DNA of 64,000 nucleotides from contig JBHGNT010000011.1 in the NCBI GenBank assembly GCA_043228905.1, positions 18,042,001-18,106,000 of the forward strand. The letters are read 5' to 3'. The notes beneath the pieces are model-generated. The model saw only the letters and a program-made list of their open reading frames with translations. It was not told where the DNA came from and made no database searches. Both the position numbers and the translations under genes were made by a program. The stretch comes from Azolla caroliniana (Eukaryota; Plantae; Polypodiophyta). Numbering within the stretch: position 1 is the stretch's first letter; each line of letters opens with the position of its first letter. Shown in pieces: positions 53,537 through 64,000 of the stretch.

Positions 53537-53764
53537 GGCATGGGATTTCCTATGTGTTTGGCCTTATGGCCGGCCGGCCATGTTTATTGGGCAGAGTTGG
53601 GCTATGGTGTCTTTTCCTTTTTTTTGTGTCTTATTTGTTTTTGTTTTAAGACTAGGAACAGAGAACTCAGCAGAAGAAGAACAAATTTTTGCGTATCATC
53701 AATCATCAGCAAATCATCCATCAATCAAACAATTCATCCTTTTCTTTCTTTCTTTCTCGTAAGA

Positions 53765-56700
53765 ATGCGAGCTACAGTCATGATAAGAAGCTCTGCTGCA
53801 GCTCTCTTCCGCCATCGACCTTCTTCACTCTCTTCTTCTTCTTCTTCTTCTTCTTCTTCAAAGGTTTGTATACCTTCCCCCTTCAGTCAATTCCTCCTCC
53901 TCCTCCTCCTCCTCTCCCTTCTTCTTTCACCATTTGTTGATCATGTTTTCTCCACTCTCCCCTTTTGTTTCTTTTGGCAGACCTTCGTTCCCCTCGCCCA
54001 ATGGTCTTGCAAGGTTTCTCCCTCGTCAGCGACCTTGGATTTCTACTGTATTAAGGCTAGGTCTTTCCCCATTACGTCTACCAGGAACTCCTTTACCTTC
54101 ATTTCAGCTAGAGTTCCTTTGGCAACATCTCAGAAAAGTTTTCTCGTCTCTGCATTCTCAACTGATTCAGTTCAGAACTCCACTAAAGAAACAATGTCTG
54201 ATCCTGTTGTCTCACCGCAATGGCTCCTCTCACGTCTCAATGATCCCAATATTAAGGTAATTCTCTGTTTGGAAATGTTCTATAATGCGTCAAATTAACT
54301 GCTAATCAACATACTTTTTGATTAGAGAAAATATAAAATTTACTGGTAAGTTTTGGTGAAAGGCAAATGCACCATGCTAAAGCCCCATGAAAAGCACATT
54401 CTTTTAAACGATCAGAATTTTGCTCCGTTTCTGAATACGAACGAGTTTTCATCAAGTTAGCATCTCTGGATCAGATATTTTACCTTGTTGTCCATTTATA
54501 CGGTACTAGGCTGGTCCTATACTATGTAAGGTTAGTTTTCACTTGATTGATTAACTTATAGATATGTATATGTATGTATGTATATGTGTGTGGGTGATTA
54601 CTTTCTTGCAAAACTTGAGCCAAGTATAGAATACTTGCCTATGTTCCATGAAAGTAGAAAATTATTTGGACCTTTGAAAGGTACTATGCTACTTCATGTT
54701 CTGCATGTTTACTGTTTGGATGTGGCCAATCTTCGATGCCATGGTTTAATTTCTGTGAAGACACGCACACTATTTAATTCTTTGTATGATAACCCACTCA
54801 AGGCGATTGGTATGTTGCACATATTGTTGATATCAAGATATGGTTTTATGGTTTTATAAAATGACTGTATGATTCCCTGAGCTTATCAAAGGGGGCCATT
54901 TGCATTTCGTTTCTTATGAAGCATATTTGTGTAGTCAATTTTCTGGACTTATAGTTGCTCAATTTGCAGATTTTGGATGCATCATGGTATATGCCAGCTG
55001 ACAAGAGAAACCCTTTTCAAGAATACAAGGTTTCACTTGGCATTTGGCATTTGTTTCTGTTTTGCATATGGAATAATATAGAAGAGTAGACCAATTTTTT
55101 CTACGGTCTTTACAGGAATGCCGAATCCCTGGTGCATTATTTTTTGATGTTGATGGTGTAGTGGATCCAACATCTGATGTAAGCATGTTGTAATTAAACT
55201 TTCGTATCATCGCAAACTTGCATGATGATAAAATCTGGATGCATCTATCTTAATATTTGATTTGGTTCTATGATGGCTGGTGGTAAGAGTACTCAAGTCT
55301 TATTTCTGTATTTCCTATTCAAAGACATTTAACATGCTATTTGTGTCATAGTGATTTGACCTCTACAAAGATATTTTATAGATACTTCTGTTCTTACCCT
55401 ATTTGCGTCCAGAATTAATCCTTTCAACTTATCTAATTCTATCTACTAATTGGCAGTTGCCCCACATGCTTCCATCTGAATCTGCTTTTGCTGCTGCTGT
55501 CTCCTCCTTGGGAATCAATAACAGTGATACAGTAGTTGTTTATGATGGCAAAGGGATCTTCAGTGCAGCGCGTGTTTGGTGGTAAAATGCTTAACTATTT
55601 ATATTTTGCTATATCTAAGTTCTTTGGTGCTCTTTCTTTCGCTCCTAACCTCTTTCATAACAACTTCACAAAAATCTCATATGAGTTGGCTTAAACGAGG
55701 TAACTAGTTTTCTTTGGTGTTGTTGTGTTCTCTTCTGATTCGTTTTGTATTCTGTGTATGATTTTCTTTGTCTACCCTGCTAGCAACATCTGGCCTGGCA
55801 AGACAAATGCAAACAATAGTGAGAAAAATGTCTATTTCTTCGTATGTGTCAATATTGACGTGAAACTACGTTGATGCATTTATCTCAAGCATAGCTTTCC
55901 TTATATGCTATCACAACACTCCATTCACTGATCCTTTTCTAACTAAGCTGTGTGACCAGTCCAAGTATCAGAGTTTCAGTAGTTGCTGGATCAAATGTGA
56001 ATCTCATTAGCTCATCAGATTCCTTATATATATATATATATAATGTAGTTTGTTTTTTCAAGGGACTTAAAAAGTCAAATTATGAACATGCTATGCAGAA
56101 AAAGAAGTTTATTATTACATTTATTTTGTTCATTAGCAGTATCAATGCTCAACCATTACTTTATGCTTATGTAGGATGTTTCGCACTTTTGGCCATGAGA
56201 ATGTTCTAGTCTTAGATGGGGGCCTTCCTAAGTGGCGCGCTTTTGGTTTCAATTTGGATGTTGTCATTCCTGATGACTTGGTGGAAAGGATCAAAAGAGC
56301 ATCCGAAGTTGTAAAGGATGTTTACAAAGGACAACAGGTCTGACTATGATGCTTGTATATTGTCACTGATAAATCACAATAGTATCATCATTGGTGTTGT
56401 TATAAGTCAATATGAAATGTTTGATGTGGCTTCATGTTGTGCAGGTTGAAACAGGAAATTTCAAAGCATCGTTGCAGTCTGAGCTTGTTTGGTCAGCAGA
56501 TCAGGTAAGCATTAATTTAATTTTAAATACAAGCAGGCAGAGAAAGTTTTCCTATTGATGTTGTTTGTTTTGCCCTCATTCTCAAGGTGAAACACAATAT
56601 AGAGCATAAACAACGGGTGCTTATAGATGCTCGCAGCAAGGCCAGGTTAGATTTTAAACAAAAATTATTTTTCTTCAGGTTCATATGCTAACTAGAAGGT

Positions 56701-58846
56701 GGATATTTATGCTTAGATCATAGCATGAAATCATGTTTCTGACATTGGTTTTATGCATGAGAATATTTTAAATTTTCTTAGTGCTAGAGCTGTTTCAAAT
56801 ACCCAACTTTTCCCATTGATGATGTCCAGTTTTTTAGGTATGAGGAGGAGAAGCCATCATGGACATCACAAGATTATAGAATACCCAGTTTAGACACTTG
56901 ATGGTGGCTACTTGTTTGTAGACCATGATGGTTACAATGTGCCATTGATGGATTAATGTTCTCACCTACCAATGGGTTGGATTAGGGGTCTCACGTACTG
57001 TTGGTTGGATCAAGATTCTCACCTACCACTGGTTGGATTAGAGGTTCTCACCTTCTGTGGGTTGGATTAGGGTTTTGACCTGTTACGGCTGGCCAAAACA
57101 GCTATACACCTATTCTTCAAAGCAATAAATAAATAAATAAATAAATATGTATTGTCTTAAAATCACTAGTTTAAGTGTTTTCAAGTATGGCCAAAACATC
57201 TATACCCCTATTCTTCAAGGCAATAAATAAATAAATATGTATTGTCTTAAAAGCACTAGTTTAAGTGTTATTCTGTACACTTTGCCTATTCCCACCATTA
57301 AATCCCATGAACTCTTCTTTGTTTTCATTTCTGCTGGCATGTGCCTCCTACACTGTCTGTAAAAAACTGATTTTCTGAAGACTGAATGAAACTGTATACT
57401 CAGCGAACTCCTTTAGACTTAACATGTTTGGATACAATCTGTCATCATCAGGTTTGATGGTGTAGCTCCAGAACCACGACAAGGTATCAGAGGAGGTCAT
57501 GTTCCTGGCAGTATATGTGTACCCTTCACCGAGGTAAGGTATTTCAGGTTTTTTGGATTCAGGAACTTGTTTTACTTATTCTCTTTTGTATTCACCTTGT
57601 AATTAGGTGCTTAAAGATGGCACGACATTACTGGAGGCTTCAGAACTGAGGCAAAAATTTGAAGCAGCAGGTATAGTCACTTTTAAAAATAATGAAATTT
57701 CTATTTGAAAATTTAGTTGAACCACACATGTATGAACCCAAGGGCTTCTGAAGGCAAGTATAATATTTATCTTATGATTATCATTTTTATTTGGTTCTTA
57801 ATTTACTTCGTGTAATCGTTGCCACACATTACCTTATCTTTCTGTGGAAAGAGGAACAGAGTCTATTGTAGAGCTTTGTAATGCAGTATTCCATAACTCA
57901 AGGAATTGTTAATGGAGCTTATATGTAGATATTTCTGTGCAGGGGTAGGACATATAGTATTTAGATGGAGTTTTTGAAAGAAGAAACTGTCTTGAGGCAG
58001 TAGGATATATGGTTGTTAAGTTTCAGAATCTGAGACAGGAAACCTGTATGAGATAGTCGTGGAAACATAACCTCAGTACCTGTAGAATAGGTATGTACCA
58101 AGTTATGATGTACATCTCAAGGTGGGGTTTGCATTCGTGGATCTGCTGACCATTTTTCAACGTGTATTAGTTTCAGATTGTCATCGATCATATTCAGGTT
58201 TACATTACCCTTGTTGGGAAGACTGATACTTGTACGTTAATCTATTATAGGTTTTAACTCCCCCTGAGGTGTAGTGTATACTATTTTTTGACTTCACTGG
58301 AACAACTTGTGTACCGTAAAATGATTCTCACTTCATCAGAACATTTTTGTTAGTCTTGACCAATGAAGTGTAATTGCCAGCATATCAGAACAACCGTACA
58401 TCTAGCATTAACTTTATAGTAATCATGATGTTTTTTTTTCCAGGTCTCTCTCTCTCCAAGCCTATAGTAGCATCATGTGGCACTGGAGTGACCGCATGCG
58501 TCCTTGCATTGGTGAGATTCCACTATTTTACATCAAATTTGATCTTGGAAGGTGTTACTGTTGATAACTTGATAATTGATGTATTGTTTATCTCATATTC
58601 TTTACTTCATTTTTTATTAATTACATCATATTTATATTATATATATCCATCCATCCATCTATCTATCTCCAATTCCTTCCTTTTGTCCAAGAAATTATCA
58701 ATATCTCATATCCTTTACTTCATTTTTTATTGAGGGGTTTTCAGGCACTTCATCGACTGGGAAAAGAAGATATTTCTGTATATGATGGTTCCTGGACAGA
58801 ATGGGGAGGGCTTCCAGATACTCCTGTCGCTACTAGTTCTGGATAA
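53765..58846 (+). CDS. STR1: Thiosulfate/3-mercaptopyruvate sulfurtransferase (two rhodanese domains) with organellar transit peptide
   Basis: Exons 53765-53863, 53981-54256, 54970-55029, 55116-55178, 55457-55581, 56175-56337, 56445-56504, 56587-56645, 57452-57533, 57607-57670, 58444-58511, 58745-58846. Motifs [72 protein letters not shown], active site [18 protein letters not shown]. Confidence 0.95.
56949..57270. repeat. About 29-bp minisatellite (5 copies) followed by an about 90-bp direct duplication, in STR1 intron 8
   Basis: Approximate consensus unit ggttggattagggttctcacctaccact at 56949-57081; ggccaaaaca.ctatac.cctattcttcaa...cactagtttaagtgtt at about 57091 and 57189. Confidence 0.9.
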
Positions 58847-59551
58847 TAGACGGATATTATGAAAAAGTAAATTCCCAACACATGCATGGGAGCTTCTATA
58901 TTGAACTTCCATAGAAGAATAATGTAATGTGGCAAAATTTTTCTTTTTTGAGTAGAGATCCTGACTCCCTACCACAAGATAATGCCAATAAAATAGAGTA
59001 GCTATATTATCTAGAACCTAAATATAAGCATCAATGCTGGTTGTGAGACTCCTGCAATAAATGTACTATATTCAAATGTATCTAAAATAGAATGTCCCAA
59101 TAGAGCAATCAAAATTACCAAATATTTTTAAGGTTTCAAATATATATCCACATTATATTTGATAAAATATTCGCCATCCCCATTTGATTCAGTAAATAAT
59201 TGCATTTCAATTGAAATTGATTATATATTTTACAAACACTTGTGCCTTGATAGCAACGCTTGTGTGACATAATCGTGCACAAGATTGGCAGGCATTGTTA
59301 ACCCCTTATCAATGCTTTATCTTTGTGATGAAATGTGACTTTGTAACAAAAAATTTCTTTTATATATCTCAATTATGCAGTGTGCGAATTATAAGTGCCT
59401 TTTGATATCCTTCATGGCGGATATGGGGTGATGTAAAAATATTACAAATGCATATGCATAACTCATTGTTGATTATGCATTCTCGATTTTGTTCATGGTC
59501 ATGTCATATATAATCATCCTTTATTTAATATGATTATGTATTCTCATATGC

Positions 59552-62500
59552 TTAGTCGTGGAGCGCTAGAAGCCTATGCAATTCATCTTCATCAACTGCA
59601 TATATATGGTCGTCGTCTCTCAACACATGAATGTCACTAATCTCTGCCAATCCCGCACTCAATATCTTCACTGGGAGGTGTTTGAATTCGACTCCTGTGT
59701 AATAACATTGCATAATGCATCAAACCAAAGCTTTTAATCTACCTGATTTTTAATCCAAAGAAGACTAAAACCAAAACTGTGTAGTGGAGAAAGAGAGAAC
59801 CAGACATACTAGCAATTTGTAGCAAATCTTGCAATGAACTTGGTATATTAATGAGCTTCCCTAGTTGCACCACTGAATAGCTGCCCTTTGGATGTGACGG
59901 ATGAATTACTACCCTAATAGGTCCACATCTAGCTCTGCCTATACTCCTTTCAACGTTTCTTGAATAATTGCACAAAACCCCTCTTCCCTCACGTTTTTCA
60001 ACTTCCAATGTTTTACAATGATTGTGTTTGGAATAAGAACGAGTACAATGCGTTGAATGATTGATACCACACGTCGGTGTATTCAACGCACCATGCATTG
60101 TCTCAGCTGAAAGAGTATCATTGTCCAGCCCATTCTCTAATGCTTTATTCATTTGCTCTTTTTCAGCAATTTGCAAAGACGTTCCCTTATTCACCTTGTC
60201 ATCATCCTTACGGCTTCCAATATATTGGGGCAAAAGATTGACGAGATTTTCTTGCTTTTGCTGTTTGGCTAAGTCCAATGGTTGGAGACGTCTGGTATCG
60301 TACAAACTTGGATTAGCTCCTTGATCCATCAAGAAGTTTGTCATATGAATGTTGCCCGTCGAAGTAGACACATGAAGGGGGGTACAGCCATCTGAAATTT
60401 GTGCATTGACATTAACTCCATATTTTAACATATCTTGTAAGACCTCAAGGCTTTCATTCTCAGCCGTGTTGGAAAGAAATTTCTCTTCCAGTTCATGCGT
60501 CAATCGAGCTCCATGGTTCCATAAGGCTTCAGCAATCGCTAAATTCCGGCACTGTATTGCTTCCCAAAGAGGAACTATACCATCATCATCTGTAAAATAG
60601 ATAAGAGTGTTATTTTCTGCTAAGAGAAAAAGAGACACTGATGGCATATGCCAATCCATGTTTTTATTCAGGTAATTTATTTTTGTGGGATGTGTTTCAA
60701 TCTAGATGTCTGCGTTTTTATTTTTGACATGATCCCTAAATTGTTGGCCTAGTATCTTCCTTGAATAGGTGTTACCTTTTTTCTTTTTCTTTTTGATGCA
60801 GACACTGAACCATTTGTACATTACCTTGAATATTCGGATCAGCTCCATAATCCAAGAGAGCTTGTATACACTCCTGAGAACCATTAGCTGCAGCAATATG
60901 CTGGTTTATCGAAACTAAATCTACTTAGAAATTAGAGTAATAAAACTGCAAAGTAAAGTCTAAAAATAACATAAAAATCAAGGTTACAATGAAATTCCAA
61001 AATCACTTCTATAATAACATAATTAAAAAAATGCTCCGTACAAGAGGAGTGCGCCCACAATAATCAGTGGTGTCAGGATCCCTCCCTCTTCTTAGAAACT
61101 CTTCCAAAAGCTTATAATTCCCTTTTGATGCAAGAAAACCCAAGCTCAAAGTCATCCCTATTCCAACATCTGTCATAATGGACTCAATTCCTGTTGTCAG
61201 CCCGAGCAATGAAACAACCTTCGAGTCCTTTAAGTGCTGCAATCATTTATAAAACACACAAACATTTATAGGATAAACATTGCTTCTTTTTGTTGTGAAA
61301 ACTCAGAACTACCCTGATGTTCTCTTATCTCCCTGGAATGCCCCAAAGTTTTGTTTTTTCCAAAAGAGTGAACAAGGAACAAGTTTTGTTAATTGAGAAA
61401 AAGTAAATGAATTCACCATAATTGCTCTAATAGCACACATAATTGAGGAAACCGGATAAGTTGACCATATATATACATATAATTGCTCAATTCGCCATAT
61501 AACTACTGGAGTGGGTTTTAACAAGATCATTTGGGGAAATAAAGAAAATTTAGGGGCACTTTGGAGAAATAAGAAAAAGTGGAGAGTAATTGGGAGTTCA
61601 CAATGTTAAATATATTGCAGAAGGACACCTGATAGAGATTATCTATGACAGTCTGTCCATCCATAATGTTGCCTTGCATGATGCTCATGAAAGCTGTCCG
61701 ATTGATTCGTAGTAATTGAGAAAGCTTCTTGCTTCGGACTGTAAATGGTTGTGGTTGGCAGCAGAGTGCTCCCATCTCTCCAATGACCTCTCCCGGTCTT
61801 GCATTTACAACATGCTGCAAAGATGCTTCTAAAATTAAGAGAACTTTTAACATGAGTAAATAGTTCGATTAAGAAAAAAACTAGGAATAGTAATAATAAT
61901 CACGATTGATTAATGGTGTGCTTTACCTGCTCTACCCCATCTTTGCAGATCAAAAGCTCCTAGACATGCAAACCAAATACAATTATGGGTCAATTAAGCC
62001 TATTAGTAGGTGGTGTCTTTTGACATTATCTGAGGATCAATTAAGAAGAACCAATATTTTCTCCACGGGTGAAATGAGTGGTTACATATTATATTCTCCA
62101 TTAATGTGTAGATCACTCTAAGATAATGAAAATTGCAAGATCCAAAGACTTTTAGGACTTTTATTATAATACAAGTGAACTTAGACCAAGACTAAAATGA
62201 ATCTAATGTATGAGGACAGCTATGATATAAGTGAATTAAGATCAAGATAATATACCACAGCCCCTGATACCAAGACATAGAACTCAGTAGGAGCCTCGTT
62301 ATGAAGAATTATGTCCTCTTTGGGTGGGAAATATTCGGCTTCCATTTCGGCCACCTGATGAAAGCATCTCCTATGAGACTCTCTTTTTGTGCATCAATTT
62401 AACTCTTTACTATTAAAAAGCTTGGGAACACGTTCTCAAGAGTATAGATAGATGGCATACCAGTTGAAGCAAGAAGTCATAAGAAGTGCCTTGGAACAAG

Positions 62501-64000
62501 TAAACCTTCTCTATAACAGGTAGAAAGAGGTGTTGAGCAACGTTGGATCGTATGCGCTTCGGCAACTTAGCCATTGTTTTCTCTTGCTGGAGGGACTCGG
62601 TCCTATACTTCAACCTCAGATGATCCATCATCTGATTCCGTAACCTCACGGGCAAATGGTTGCGTATTGAAAAGCTCGAAACAGCTTGAATAGAATCCCT
62701 CTGGAAAACAAAGAAACAAGATGCATTCCATTCAAACCAAAGAAAAACATGCGCCAGAAACAATGACATCCAAGACGATTTGAAATGACTCGAATAGAAT
62801 CTTTGTGTCCAAAACAGCATAAGCAGCAAAAGAGATGATATTGTCAGTCCTTACAAAGTTTTGAGTTCGTGCTGTGTACCGAACGACTAGATTTGTCATG
62901 TTACCGATCAAGTAAGAAGTAAGACCAAGATTGAAGAGCATATACATAGCACATAAGACCATCTCCTGGGGGTTCTCAGCATGGAGATCACCATAACCCA
63001 CTGTTGATAGGGTGGTCATGGACCAGTATATGGAGTAGATGTATCTTACCCAGATACTCTCACTCATAAAATCTGGAAGTGCAGCTGATATCCATGTATT
63101 GTTTTGACTATGGCGCCTCTCTGCAATTATGTAAAGGAAACATGCTGCACAGTGTACACACAATAAAGTAACCTACAACACAAAAACAGAGTATATATGA
63201 CACAAGGTATAAACCCTAACTAAACATGAAAGTTACACCTGAAAGGTATATAAACTACCCAAAGCTTGAAAACTTCACACGTATAATTTTAAGCCCGAAA
63301 CTGAAACTTACAGCCAAAAGCTTCATACAACGTATCCAAAAATAGCTGAATCGCACATCCTTTTCGAGTCTGCCAAAACGATGATTTACTAGAGATTTCA
63401 TTATATATAGCACACTCAGTCCCCTGTATATGAGGACTATCCATTGTGTTGAATTTTAACACAAGCTAGCGATAGTAGAATAAATAGAAAAAAAAAAAGA
63501 ATTTAAGGATCGATCGATACATAACACACCTTGCGAACAAGCTACTCACACGTCGAAGCCGCCAGAGACGTAGCATGTTAAGAAGGTTATATACAAGACC
63601 CCGCCCGATCTTTCCAGTCACAACAAGTGCAAGGACTTGGAATGGAATTGAGGATGCAACATCAAGCACAAGCCACGTTGTCATATACCTGGATTTAAGA
63701 AAATAAATGTCTGCAATCTGAGATAATGCATAAAGATCTGAGTGCAAACACTATAATATATCATGTGTGTATGTATGTCTGCATGTGTTATGCTATGTTT
63801 GTATGTGTTATATTGTGTATGTATGTTATCTAAAATGGTCAATTTGTCTAATAATCAATTTACCTTAGAGCTATTTGTGATTTGCAATCCACTAGTAGGT
63901 ATGTTTTTTTATCCAAGTAAGCAACGAAGAAAGTTAGAACTACATCTGTTGCAAAAAATGCATCCACCATGTAATCCACAATGAAGAACCGTTCGGGAAG
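59552..64000 (-). CDS. AKT1: Shaker-type inward-rectifying K+ channel (AKT1-like; S1-S6, CNBD, ankyrin, KHA); 5' end beyond the window
   Basis: Exons (- strand) >64000-63864, 63688-63530, 63369-63312, 63172-62855, 62700-62461, 62354-62256, 61959-61927, 61814-61629, 61236-61042, 60900-60825, 60589-59810, 59694-59552. S4 [19 protein letters not shown]; pore [15 protein letters not shown]; [14 protein letters not shown]; GEMGALC..PQPFTVR; ankyrins GRTPLHIAAA and GCTPLH; [29 protein letters not shown]. Confidence 0.95.

Noticed and set aside
53231-53541. ORFs with MYVC/YLSI repeats (also ERER at 10075 and HTYI at 48030)
   Set aside because: Translations of microsatellites.
53540-53764. Upstream extension of the 252-aa ORF as the STR1 N-terminus
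   Set aside because: Promoter/UTR-like composition; the transit-peptide-like sequence starts at ATG 53765.
56949-57081. CRISPR-like look of the 29-bp repeats
   Set aside because: No unique spacers, no cas genes, and it is inside a eukaryotic intron.
2045-64000. The eight genes as a functional or biosynthetic cluster (e.g. cell wall: MUCI70-like plus XTH)
   Set aside because: Functions and compartments are unrelated and there is no shared pathway logic; this looks like an ordinary gene neighbourhood.

Overview
AT-rich land-plant nuclear DNA with spliced genes and no prokaryotic features. The SSR-rich 5' regions and LINE-dominated TE debris suggest a fern or other non-seed plant, but that is inference only. 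I reconstructed eight protein-coding genes by hand from GT-AG junctions. In order: a C-terminally extended phytocystatin (+, first exon outside the window), a DUF616/MUCI70-like glycosyltransferase (+), a 13-exon Cdc24-type OB-fold protein (-), an XTH (-), a CRM-domain chloroplast splicing factor CAF1-like (-), a PAP29-like metallophosphoesterase (+), an STR1-like mercaptopyruvate sulfurtransferase (+) and an AKT1-like Shaker K+ channel (-, 5' end outside the window). Between and inside genes are a Gypsy RNase H fragment, several L1 zf-RVT fragments, an L1 nested in an RTE-type LINE with a 7-bp TSD, and a Mutator-like long-TIR element about 100 bp upstream of the OB-fold gene. There are also many local tandem duplications and SSRs. 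I found no convincing multi-gene novel system. The best leads are the uncharacterised OB-fold gene with a TIR in its promoter position, the Q-to-H change in the cystatin papain-binding loop, a 25-bp hairpin upstream of XTH, a uORF overlapping the DUF616 start, and possible isoform switches in STR1.
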